Shown: positions 18,674 through 27,168 of the stretch, piece by piece | Position numbering within the stretch: position 1 is the first letter of the stretch | Layout: every line of letters starts with the position of its first letter | NCBI GenBank assembly: GCA_963558115.1 | Contig: CAUWFY010000001.1 | Coordinates: forward strand, 1-29,430 | From: an uncultured Clostridia bacterium | Lineage (GTDB): Bacteria; Bacillota; Clostridia; TANB77; CAG-508 | Length of the DNA stretch: 29,430 nt | Direction: 5' to 3' | Program-made: the position numbers and the translations under genes | The notes under the pieces: model-generated | Database searches by the model: none | The model's input: the letters and a program-made list of their open reading frames with translations, nothing else | Told to the model about the DNA's origin: nothing

Positions 18674-19477
18674 ATGAAAACTTTTAAATTTATACCAGAA
18701 GGTTGGAATGAAGAGGAAAAAAAGATTTCTAGCATAAATGAAGCTAAAGATTATATAGATACAAAAGAAATATTGCAAGGTAAAGTAGAAAGTTATGATG
18801 AAAACTATAATTTACATATAAACTTAGGAAATGGATTTAAAGGAATTATTCCAAAAGCAGAAGTTGAAAATACTAAAGATGGACAAGATATAGACACAAA
18901 ATTATGTGTAGGAAAGTTAAATAAATATGTTCAATTCAAGGTTGAAGGAATAGAGAATAAAGATACATTACTTTTATCAAGAAAAGCTGTTCAAGAAGAA
19001 GTTATAAATTCAATACAAAGATACTTAGAAATTGGACAAGTTCTTACAGGAATAGTAAAAAATATAAAACCATATGGAGCATTTATAGAAATTGGTGGAG
19101 GAGTAGTAGGATTAGCACATATTGAAGATTTATCAATTGCGAGAATAAAAACACCATATGAAAGGCTAAAAATTGGACAAAAAATAAATGTTGTGGTAAA
19201 ATCAATAGATAAAGAAAGTGGTAAAATAAATTTATCGTACAAAGAAATATTAGGAACTTGGGAAGAAAATGTACAAAAATTTACTCAAGGAATGGATGTT
19301 CAAGGAATAGTAAGAGAAACAGAAAAAAATAAAAATGGAATATTTATTGAACTTACTCCAAATTTAGTTGGTATGGCAGAATATAGTGAAGGACTTGAAT
19401 ATGGACAAGAAGTTAATGTACATATAAAAAAAATTGACAAAGAAAAAAGAAAAGTAAAATTAAGTATAAATAATTAA
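18674..19477 (+). CDS. S1 RNA-binding domain protein (three S1/OB repeats, short RpsA-like)
   Basis: GQVLTGIVKNIKPYGAFIEIGGGVVGLAHIEDLS...LKIGQKINVVV...INLSYK, plus two further S1-like repeats. Confidence 0.85.
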   Translation: MKTFKFIPEGWNEEEKKISSINEAKDYIDTKEILQGKVESYDENYNLHINLGNGFKGIIPKAEVENTKDGQDIDTKLCVGKLNKYVQFKVEGIENKDTLLLSRKAVQEEVINSIQRYLEIGQVLTGIVKNIKPYGAFIEIGGGVVGLAHIEDLSIARIKTPYERLKIGQKINVVVKSIDKESGKINLSYKEILGTWEENVQKFTQGMDVQGIVRETEKNKNGIFIELTPNLVGMAEYSEGLEYGQEVNVHIKKIDKEKRKVKLSINN

Positions 19478-19577
19478 AAAAAGAAATCCAAAGACAAATA
19501 TATATAGATTTAAACAAATTAATATAAGTTTATAAATTTTAAATAATAGATATTTCTAAATTTAAGGAGGATTAAAA

Positions 19578-20513
19578 ATGGTTAAAGATAATGAAATTAA
19601 GGCACAAGTATCTCCATTTGCAATAAGAGAAGGAGAAATAAAAACTTTTGATGGAAAAGATGGTTATGTGTCAATGAACCAAATCGTACATAAAATAAAT
19701 ATAGGACATATTAATGAAATTCATTTTGCAATATTAGATTTAGTTAATGAATTTGAATTTATTACATCAAGACAACTATATCAAATGCTAGAAATAAAAG
19801 GATTTGACCCAAAATCACAAGACAAATTAAATAATAAATTAGAGCAATTAGTAAAATCAAAAATTTTAACAAGATATTATTTTACTTCAGATGAAGGAAA
19901 AGGAATTTATAGAATTTACTGTTTAGAGAAAATGGGAAAATACTTATTAAATTCAAAAGAAATAGACTGTAAATGGCAACCTTCAGACAACACAAAACCT
20001 GTACCAATGATAAAGAAAAGACTAGCAGGAAATCAAACTTTAATTGCATATTTAAGAAAAGTTAAAGCTTTTGATAGTTATATAGTAAAACCTGCAATAA
20101 CAGCAAAAACAGCAGGAAAATTATTCAAAGCAAGTGGAGGAGCAGTTAAACTAACAAAAAACAATAAATCTATTCAATTTGTTTTTGAAGTAATAAGAAG
20201 AGAACAAGACTGGGAGAAAAAACTAGTTGAAAGAATGAGATTGTATAAAGATTTCTATGAAAATTATGTTTTAGGAGATTCAGGATTTTCTAGTATGCCA
20301 CAATTAATATTAGTTTGTGAAGACGAAAAACATATGGCAGAAACTTTCAAAGAAATTGTAAAAAATCAAGTTGAAATACCACAAATAAAATTATATTTTA
20401 CTACTGATTTAAGACAAAATAAAGAAACTTTAGAAGAAACATTAGTAGAGTTTAAGTTAATAGATGGAAAATATAGAATGGAAAATGTGGAATTAAAATT
20501 GTTAGGAATGTAA
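19578..20513 (+). CDS. Hypothetical protein resembling the replication-relaxation (Replic_Relax) family: winged helix plus nuclease-like domain
   Basis: AAGGAGG RBS. N-terminal ILDLVNEFEFITSRQL...LEQLVKSKIL...YCLEKMG (wHTH-like); C-terminal FVFEVIRR...KLVERMRLY...PQLILVC. Family assignment is by motif recall only. Confidence 0.45.
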   Translation: MVKDNEIKAQVSPFAIREGEIKTFDGKDGYVSMNQIVHKINIGHINEIHFAILDLVNEFEFITSRQLYQMLEIKGFDPKSQDKLNNKLEQLVKSKILTRYYFTSDEGKGIYRIYCLEKMGKYLLNSKEIDCKWQPSDNTKPVPMIKKRLAGNQTLIAYLRKVKAFDSYIVKPAITAKTAGKLFKASGGAVKLTKNNKSIQFVFEVIRREQDWEKKLVERMRLYKDFYENYVLGDSGFSSMPQLILVCEDEKHMAETFKEIVKNQVEIPQIKLYFTTDLRQNKETLEETLVEFKLIDGKYRMENVELKLLGM

Positions 20514-20618
20514 TTTTAATATTAAAAAAATATAGAAAATATAAAAAATAATCAACTAGACTTTAATTAAAATCTAAATTTTTAAATATGTAAATTAAGA
20601 AAAAATATTGAGAATTTA

Positions 20619-20648
20619 TTGACATAACGAATAAAAACATAGTATAAT
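20619..20648 (+). promoter_or_regulatory. sigmaA promoter of the type III TA operon
   Basis: TTGACA-18 bp-TATAAT immediately before the repeat array. Confidence 0.8.
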
Positions 20649-20680
20649 TAATATACTAGAAGAGTAATCTGATGCTTACT

Positions 20681-20801
20681 AATAGGAAGTTCTTACCTAA
20701 AAAGGAACGATTTAAAATTAGGTAAAGTTCAAGCCTTATAAATGAACTGATTTGAAATTAGGTAATGCTTAAGCCTTATAAATAAGCAGTTTTAAAATAG
20801 G
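20681..20801 (+). repeat. Tandem antitoxin repeats: unit A 20681-20715 (~35-36 nt), B 20716-20755 and C 20756-20795 (40 nt each), plus partial AATAGG
   Basis: B and C share AATTAGGTAA...AAGCCTTATAAAT. A is a shorter variant, AATAGGAAGTTCTTACCTAAAAAGGAAC. Confidence 0.88.
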
Positions 20802-20836
20802 GGGTACATTTGAAAAAAGTGTACTCCTTATGTTTT
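20798..20836 (+). terminator. Internal terminator between toxI repeats and toxN
   Basis: TAGGGGGTACATTT-GAAAA-AAGTGTACTCCTTA stem (with G-U pairs) followed by TGTTTT. Confidence 0.8.
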
Positions 20837-20854
20837 ATAAAGAAATGAGGAAAA

Positions 20855-21355
20855 ATGGAAGAATTATTATTTTATACAGTTGATAAAAACTATATTAAAT
20901 ATTTAAGTGAATTTGAAAGCCATGTAAGTTATAATAAAGATGAAATTGGACATAGTAGACCATATTTAGGAATTGTATTAATAATAGCAAATTATGAATA
21001 TTTTGTACCATTATATTCATATAAAGAACATTATAAAAAATACAAAAACAATCCTAGTTTTTTCTTTGTGTATGATAGAAAAAATAATCCATTAGCAATT
21101 ATTAAGTTTTCAGCTATGATACCAGTTCCAAATAATTTAAATGTAACATCAGTATTAGAATATAATAGGCGAGATAAAAAATATAAAGATTTAATATCAG
21201 CAGAATATAGATATATAAATTCTAATAAAGAGGAAATATATAAAAGAGCAAATAAAATGTATGTTGCAGTAACAAAACATAAAAATAATTTTTTAAAAAC
21301 AATAGCTTGTAATTTTACATTATTAGAGAAAAAATGTGTTGAATATAATAAATAA
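20855..21355 (+). CDS. toxN: Type III toxin-antitoxin endoribonuclease, ToxN/AbiQ family
   Basis: FYTVDKNYIKYL...RPYLGIVL...YFVPLYS.K...MIPVP...Y..L...EY...I...A.KMY...FTLLEKKC.EY matches the ToxN/AbiQ pattern; canonical locus architecture. Confidence 0.9.
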   Translation: MEELLFYTVDKNYIKYLSEFESHVSYNKDEIGHSRPYLGIVLIIANYEYFVPLYSYKEHYKKYKNNPSFFFVYDRKNNPLAIIKFSAMIPVPNNLNVTSVLEYNRRDKKYKDLISAEYRYINSNKEEIYKRANKMYVAVTKHKNNFLKTIACNFTLLEKKCVEYNK

Positions 21356-21494
21356 TATCTAAGTGACAACTTGCAATCTTTTTTTTACAGTAAAAAAGTA
21401 AAAAGCAAGAAAAAATAAAAATTGGCTTAAAATAAAAAAAGAAATAGATTAAAATTAATAAAGAAATAGTTTCAAGAAATTCAATAAAAATAAT

Positions 21495-21533
21495 AAAAAA
21501 TTCTAAGTATAAATTAAATACCTAGAATTTTTT
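21495..21533 (-). terminator. Terminator overlapping the pflA 3' end
   Basis: Minus strand AAAAAATTCTAGGTAT-7 nt-ATACTTAGAATTTTTT. Confidence 0.65.
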
Positions 21534-22272
21534 TAGCTCTATTAATATCATCATTAGTAGCATCTTTAATACCATCTAAATCATATTTTAGACCTAATTT
21601 TTTCCACTTATATTCACCCATACTATGATAAGGCAATAATTCAACTTTTTGAACATTAGTAAGTGTACCTAAAAATGATTTTAATTCTAATAAATCAGAT
21701 TCATCATCAGTATAACCAGGAATAAGAACTTGTCTAATCCATACAGGAATATTATTATCACTTAGATATCTAGCAAATTCTAATTCAAGTTTATTACTAT
21801 GACCAACTAAACTTTTGCATTTTTCATCATTAATATGCTTTATATCAAGTAAAACTAAATTAGTTAAAGATAATACCTCTTTTATATCATCTGTTAAAGC
21901 GACCATTCCGGAAGAATCTATACAAGTATGTATATTTTCAGCTTTTAATTTCTTAAATAACTCAATTAAGAATTTTACTTGTAACAAAGGCTCTCCACCA
22001 GAAATTGTAACACCACCATTAGGGGTTATATAATTTTTATATTTCATTATTTTTTCAAAAATATCTGAAAGAGAACGATAAGCTCCACCATTCATATCCC
22101 AAGTGTCACGATTATGACAGTATTTACATTGAAGATGACAACCTTGTAAAAAAAGTACAAACCTAATTCCAGGACCATCAACAGCACCAAAGGATTCAAC
22201 TGAATGAACTTTAGCAAAATATTTTATATCTTTTTTTTCTAAATTTATATTATTCACAATATACTCTCGCAT
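21514..22272 (-). CDS. pflA: Pyruvate formate-lyase activating enzyme (radical SAM)
   Basis: HSVESFGAVDGPGIRFVLFLQGCHLQCKYCHNRDTW (CxxxCxxC), GVTISGGEPL, ELLPYH. Start uncertain (ATG 22272 or GTG 22257; no strong RBS). Confidence 0.95.
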   Translation of the reverse strand: MREYIVNNINLEKKDIKYFAKVHSVESFGAVDGPGIRFVLFLQGCHLQCKYCHNRDTWDMNGGAYRSLSDIFEKIMKYKNYITPNGGVTISGGEPLLQVKFLIELFKKLKAENIHTCIDSSGMVALTDDIKEVLSLTNLVLLDIKHINDEKCKSLVGHSNKLELEFARYLSDNNIPVWIRQVLIPGYTDDESDLLELKSFLGTLTNVQKVELLPYHSMGEYKWKKLGLKYDLDGIKDATNDDINRAKKILGI

Positions 22273-22283
22273 AATAAACAAAA

Positions 22284-22420
22284 GTGACCTTCAAAAATTC
22301 TCAATATTCTTATTTATATAGCTTCGCTATTATTTTTGAGATTTTCTAAATACAGCCCCCAAATGCAAGTCGGCTAGAAAAATGTAGCAAAGCCACTTTT
22401 TATATGCGAAATTCTCCTTT
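22284..22420 (-). other. Structured non-coding element in the pflA leader (possible MITE/IS200-IS605-end remnant or cis-regulatory RNA)
   Basis: GC-enriched patch, nested hairpins including TAGC-GAA-GCTA, ends ...GAAGGTCAC, and is preceded by an orphan AAAGGAG. Confidence 0.35.
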
Positions 22421-22615
22421 CTTTATAATATATAAAGTAAATAATTAATATAGTTTAATTATTACTTTGATTTATAAAAAGTGAATATTTCATAAAAATA
22501 TCAAATTTTAATTATAAGAAAAACAATAGCTATTTAAAAGTAGAAAGTATCTTTTAATCTAATAGTATATACAAATTATTCTACATAAATAGTAAAAGAA
22601 ATATTTAAAAGGAAA

Positions 22616-22654
22616 CACCAAATCGTATATTCAAACTACTGAAACGATTTGGTG
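22616..22654 (-). terminator. pflB terminator
   Basis: 11-bp inverted repeat CACCAAATCGT / ACGATTTGGTG, 12 nt after the stop, followed by TTTCCTTTT on the minus strand. Confidence 0.8.
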
Positions 22655-22666
22655 AAAACTTAAATA

Positions 22667-24904
22667 TTAAATTCTTTCATGAATTGTTCTATTTATTACA
22701 TCTAATTGTTGTTCTCTAGTTAATTTTGTAAAGTTTACAGCATAGCCAGAAACTCTAATAGTTAATTGAGGATATTTTTCTGGATGTTCCATAGCATCAA
22801 CTAATAAACTTCTATCAAAAACATTAACATTTATATGATGTCCAGTTTGTTTGAAATAACCATCTAACATATTTACTAAATTTGTTACTTTTGTTTCTTC
22901 ATCTTTTCCTAGAGTTCCAGGAGTTATTGAGAATGTATAAGATATACCATCTTCAGAAGAATCAAAAGGTAGTTTAGCAATAGAGTTCATTACTGCTAAA
23001 GCTCCATTAGTATCTCTTCCATGTAATGGGTTTGCACCAGGACCAAATGGTTCACCTGCACGTCTTCCATCAGGAGTATTTCCAGTATTTTTACCATATA
23101 CTACATTTGAAGTTATTGTTAGAATTGATAATGTATGTTTTGAATTTCTATAAGTTGGATATCTTCTTAATTTATTCATAAACATTTTAACTATTTTAAC
23201 AGCTATTTCATCAACTCTTTCATCATCATTACCGAATTTAGGAAAATCACCTTCTACTTCATAATCAGTAGCTAAACCAGTTTCATCTCTTATAACTTTA
23301 ACTTTAGCATATTTAATTGCAGACAATGAATCAGCTACAACTGATAAACCAGCAATACCACATGCCATTGTTCTTAAAATATCTTTATCATGTAAAGCCA
23401 TTTCAATTGCTTCATATGAATATTTATCATGCATATAATGAATTGCATTTAGTGCTTTAATATATATTTTAGCAACATAATCCATCATTTGACTGAATTT
23501 TTCCATTACTTCATCATAATTTAAATATTCAGAAGTTATAGGAGCGAATTTTGGAGTGATTTGTTTTCCTGAAACTTCATCTCTACCACCATTTATAGCA
23601 TATAATAAAGTTTTTGCTAAGTTTGCTCTTGCACCAAAGAATTGCATTTGTTTTCCTATTTTCATTGGAGAAACACAACAAGCAATTCCATAATCATCAC
23701 CTAAAGTAATTCTCATTAAATCATCATTTTCATATTGAATTGAAGATGTCTTTATAGATAATTCTGTTGTATATCTTTTAAATCCATCAGGTAATCTTGT
23801 AGACCATAAAACTGTTAAGTTTGGCTCAGGAGCAGGTCCAAGATTTTCTAAAGTATGAAGAACTCTAAAAGAGTTTTTAGTAACTAAAGTTCTTCCATCA
23901 AGTCCCATACCACCAATACTTTCAGTTACCCAAACAGGGTCACCGCTGAATAATTCGTTATATTCAGGAGTTCTTAAGAAACGAACAAGTCTTAATTTCA
24001 TTACAAAATGGTCCATAATTTCTTGAACTTCTTCTTCTGTTATAGTTCCATTTTTTAAATCTCTTTCAAAATAAATATCCAAAAATGTTGAAGTTCTACC
24101 AATACTCATAGCAGCACCGTTTTGGTCTTTAATAGCACCTAAATATCCAAAATATAACCATTGAACAGCTTCTTTACTATTAGTTGCAGGTTTAGAAATA
24201 TCAAATCCATATTTTAAAGCCATTTCTTTTAAAGCCATTAAAGCTCTAATTTGTTCTTGAATTTCTTCTCTTTCACGAATTACTTCTTCAGATAGACAGT
24301 CAACATCTAAAATAGATAAATCATTTTTCTTTTCTTGGATTAAAACATCAACACCATAAAGAGCAATTCTTCTGTAATCTCCTATAATTCTTCCTCTACC
24401 ATAACCATCAGGAAGACCTGTAATTAAATGAGAACTTCTAGCAGCTCTAATGTCAGGAGTATAAGCATCGAAAACACCGTCATTGTGAGTTCTTCTATAC
24501 TTATGGAATATCTCTTCAACTTCAGCATCAACTTTTCTATCATAAGCCTCACATGATTTTTCTACAATTCTGATACCACCAAAAGGCATAATAGCTCTTT
24601 TTAAAGGTGCATCAGTTTGAAGACCTACAATTTCTTCTAAATCTTTATCAATATATCCAGCTTCATGACTATTAACTGTTGATATTGTTTTTGTATCTAT
24701 ATCTAGAACTCCACCTTTAGCTTCTTTTTCTTTTTTGTAAAGTTCTAAAACTTCATCCCATAATTTTCTTGTTTTTTCAGTTGGATTTGCTAAGAAGTCA
24801 GAATTACCTTCATAAGGTGTATAATTGTGTTGAATGAAATCTCTAACATTTATTTCATCTTGCCAATCACCTTTTTCAAATCCATTCCATTGATCAAATT
24901 TCAT
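22667..24904 (-). CDS. pflB: Formate C-acetyltransferase (pyruvate formate-lyase)
   Basis: [10 protein letters not shown] (adjacent catalytic Cys-Cys), [10 protein letters not shown] (glycyl-radical loop), [17 protein letters not shown]; AGGAGG RBS. Confidence 0.98.
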   Translation of the reverse strand: MKFDQWNGFEKGDWQDEINVRDFIQHNYTPYEGNSDFLANPTEKTRKLWDEVLELYKKEKEAKGGVLDIDTKTISTVNSHEAGYIDKDLEEIVGLQTDAPLKRAIMPFGGIRIVEKSCEAYDRKVDAEVEEIFHKYRRTHNDGVFDAYTPDIRAARSSHLITGLPDGYGRGRIIGDYRRIALYGVDVLIQEKKNDLSILDVDCLSEEVIREREEIQEQIRALMALKEMALKYGFDISKPATNSKEAVQWLYFGYLGAIKDQNGAAMSIGRTSTFLDIYFERDLKNGTITEEEVQEIMDHFVMKLRLVRFLRTPEYNELFSGDPVWVTESIGGMGLDGRTLVTKNSFRVLHTLENLGPAPEPNLTVLWSTRLPDGFKRYTTELSIKTSSIQYENDDLMRITLGDDYGIACCVSPMKIGKQMQFFGARANLAKTLLYAINGGRDEVSGKQITPKFAPITSEYLNYDEVMEKFSQMMDYVAKIYIKALNAIHYMHDKYSYEAIEMALHDKDILRTMACGIAGLSVVADSLSAIKYAKVKVIRDETGLATDYEVEGDFPKFGNDDERVDEIAVKIVKMFMNKLRRYPTYRNSKHTLSILTITSNVVYGKNTGNTPDGRRAGEPFGPGANPLHGRDTNGALAVMNSIAKLPFDSSEDGISYTFSITPGTLGKDEETKVTNLVNMLDGYFKQTGHHINVNVFDRSLLVDAMEHPEKYPQLTIRVSGYAVNFTKLTREQQLDVINRTIHERI

Positions 24905-24954
24905 AATTTACCTCCTTTAAATTATATATATTATTATCATTTTTTACCGATAAT

Positions 24955-24983
24955 ATAATAACATAGTAGAAAAATATTATCAA
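24955..24983 (-). promoter_or_regulatory. sigmaA-type promoter of pflB (extended -10)
   Basis: TTGATA-17 bp-TATTAT with TGn extension, minus strand. Confidence 0.55.
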
Positions 24984-25053
24984 TAAAATAATACACATAA
25001 TTTTAGAAAAGTGATGTTGTATTTGCAACAAATTAGAGAAAATTAGCAAAATA

Positions 25054-25082
25054 TTGAAAATGGTTGGAAAACATAGTATAAT
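25054..25082 (+). promoter_or_regulatory. sigmaA-type promoter of the repeat-protein gene
   Basis: TTGAAA-17 bp-TATAAT; AAAGGAGG RBS before ATG 25160. Confidence 0.65.
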
Positions 25083-25159
25083 ATATTATGTAAAACTGTA
25101 GCAACGGAACATCTTTTATAGAAGGTTTCGGTTAATAAAAAAAGGAGGATCATATTATA

Positions 25160-27049
25160 ATGGCAAAAGCAAGAAAACTTCGGAGTTTAGAGGAGATTAA
25201 AGAAGTTAGTAGAACAGTATACACATATAGCGAATTAGCTGAAAAATTAGGTATTACCTGTATGACATTATTTTCTTGGTTAGAAATGTATTATTCAAAA
25301 GACAGAAATGATATTAAATCAACATTAAAAGCAAATAGAGAAAAGAGAGAAAAAGAGGAAAATATACAAAAATTAAAAGATTTAAAACTTGTGAGTCAAA
25401 AAAGTAGTTCTTTTAAAGAATTAGAATTAAAAACAGGAATCAGCAATCCAAAAAAATGGATTTGTGAAAACTTTCCAGAAGAAATAAGCATAATTAAAAC
25501 TAATCTAAAAGCTAATAGAAGAAACAGAGAAAATAAAGAACAATACAAAGTTATTTCTCAAAAAATGGAAGAAATTAAAGAAATAAGCAAAGAAGTATAT
25601 TCTTTTAAAGAACTAACAGCGAGAGTAGGAATAAAATATTTATCTGAAAACTTATCGATATATTTTCCAAAGGAAAAAAATGAAATTAAGTCTAATCTCG
25701 CAGCAAATAGAGAAAAGAGAGATAACGAAGAAATGAAACAAAAACGAGAAAAAGATTTAATAACTTTGGAAAAAGTTAAAGATTTAAGCAAGGTAGTATC
25801 CACTTTCAAAGAACTATCAGAAGGAATGGGCATATCAAGTATTAATAATTGGTTAGATAAAAATTTTCCAGAAGAAAGGCTTGAAATTGAAGCTAACTTA
25901 AAAGCAAACCAAAAAAAAGGAGATAATGAAAACAATAGGCATAAGCAAAATAAAAATTTAATAATATTGGAGATAGTCAAAGAAATAAGCTTGAGAGTAT
26001 CTACTTTTAAAGAGATATCAGAAGAAGTAGGGATATCTAATATTAGTAGTTGGCTAACACAAAATTTTCCAGAAGAAAAAGCTGAAATTAGAGCTAATTT
26101 AGCAGTAAAAAAAGAAGAAAAAGATAATGAAAGAAAGAGACAGAAACAAAATGAAAATTTAATACGATTGGAAAAAGCCAAAAAAATAAGTATGAGAGTA
26201 TCTACCATTAATGAGCTATCACAAGAAATAGGAGTATCAGGTATTAGCAAATGGTTAGAACAAAATTTTCCAGAAGAAAAAGAGGAAATTAAAGCTAATT
26301 TAGACTATAATCGACAAAAAAAGAAAAAAGCAAGTGAAAATCAAAGCGATATTGAAAAAATAGAAAGGATTAAAGAAATAAGTCAAAGAGTATGTGATTG
26401 CAGAGAACTAGCAAAAGAAATGCACGAAGAAAGCCATAACATAGATACTTTTTTAAAAAAATTTCCAGAAACAAATGAAGAAATTAAGGCAAACATAAAA
26501 GCTAATAGGTTGAAGGAAAAGGAGAAAATAGAACGAGAGTATTTAGAGCTGGCAAGAAAAGCAAGTAAGAGAGCTTATAGTGTTACAGAAATAGCTGAAG
26601 AAATAAAAATAAATGTAACATCTTTAAGTAATTCTTTAAAAAAATTTCCTGAGATAAAGGAAGAAGTTCAAAACAACATAACCACTAATAAAGCTGAAAA
26701 AAATAAATTTGAATTAGATGAAATTGAGTTAAGGGAAAATCATATGATTTTTCATACTAGGGATAATTCAATAGCAGAAGTTTGGAGATTTTATCATACT
26801 TCTCCACTTAGTTTCCTAAAACAAAATCAAGAAATAGAAATAGAAAAAGGCGATTATATATTAGTGGCACAATATGATCCAATTACTAATTGTATTATTC
26901 TTATGGGATTTGAAATCTATCTTGAAAACTCAAAGATAGTTAAAGTAAAATATAGAAAAGTACAAGATGATATGAGAATTTACCATAATGAAAAAATACA
27001 AAATTTTGCCGATAAAGCAAAGGAAATATTAGGTTCTAAAATTAAATAA
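25160..27049 (+). CDS. Hypothetical protein with eight tandem ~61-67 aa HTH-like repeats and a ~105-aa C-terminal domain
   Basis: Repeat consensus LExIKEISxxVSTFKELSExxGISxIxxWLxxNFPEEKxEIKANLxANRxK. Units 4-6 start at 25766, 25967 and 26168 (201-bp period). Confidence 0.8.
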   Translation: MAKARKLRSLEEIKEVSRTVYTYSELAEKLGITCMTLFSWLEMYYSKDRNDIKSTLKANREKREKEENIQKLKDLKLVSQKSSSFKELELKTGISNPKKWICENFPEEISIIKTNLKANRRNRENKEQYKVISQKMEEIKEISKEVYSFKELTARVGIKYLSENLSIYFPKEKNEIKSNLAANREKRDNEEMKQKREKDLITLEKVKDLSKVVSTFKELSEGMGISSINNWLDKNFPEERLEIEANLKANQKKGDNENNRHKQNKNLIILEIVKEISLRVSTFKEISEEVGISNISSWLTQNFPEEKAEIRANLAVKKEEKDNERKRQKQNENLIRLEKAKKISMRVSTINELSQEIGVSGISKWLEQNFPEEKEEIKANLDYNRQKKKKASENQSDIEKIERIKEISQRVCDCRELAKEMHEESHNIDTFLKKFPETNEEIKANIKANRLKEKEKIEREYLELARKASKRAYSVTEIAEEIKINVTSLSNSLKKFPEIKEEVQNNITTNKAEKNKFELDEIELRENHMIFHTRDNSIAEVWRFYHTSPLSFLKQNQEIEIEKGDYILVAQYDPITNCIILMGFEIYLENSKIVKVKYRKVQDDMRIYHNEKIQNFADKAKEILGSKIK

Positions 27050-27064
27050 TTTCAGAAACCTAAA

Positions 27065-27104
27065 AAAGAGAATCCAATTCATAGACTTGAATTGGATTTT
27101 CTTT
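27065..27104. terminator. Bidirectional intrinsic terminator
   Basis: 17-bp stem AAAGAGAATCCAATTCA / TGAATTGGATTTTCTTT (one G-U) between convergent genes. Confidence 0.8.
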
Positions 27105-27168
27105 ATGTTGAATAGTATCTAAAGTATTCAAGTATTTCTGATAATAAGATGAATAATCTTCTAAATAT

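Larger units (their letters stand above)
20655..20836 (+). ncRNA. toxI: Type III antitoxin RNA (ToxI/antiQ-like): three pseudoknot repeats plus terminator
   Basis: Promoter-repeats-terminator-toxin order. Each unit folds as an H-type pseudoknot. Transcript ends are approximate. Confidence 0.85.

Noticed and set aside
20681-20801. CRISPR array interpretation of the repeats
   Set aside because: The repeats are directly tandem with no unique spacers, there are no cas genes, and a terminator plus ToxN gene follow, as expected for type III TA.
20604-22308. 14-bp inverted repeat AATATTGAGAATTT (20604-20617 and 22295-22308) bracketing toxIN-pflA as a transposon
   Set aside because: Very AT-rich, would enclose a housekeeping gene, no transposase or target duplication, and one copy is part of a local hairpin.
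22340-22400. ZTP (pfl) riboswitch, or tmRNA 5' end (GGGGGCTG), upstream of pflA
   Set aside because: Only a loose GCCG...TGGG likeness; the conserved GTGACTGG and GCCTGGGC elements, and the tmRNA TTCGAC, are absent. Kept only as an unexplained element.
25095-25135. Riboswitch-like leader before the HTH-repeat gene
   Set aside because: Only a weak imperfect hairpin with no known aptamer motif or terminator U-tract.
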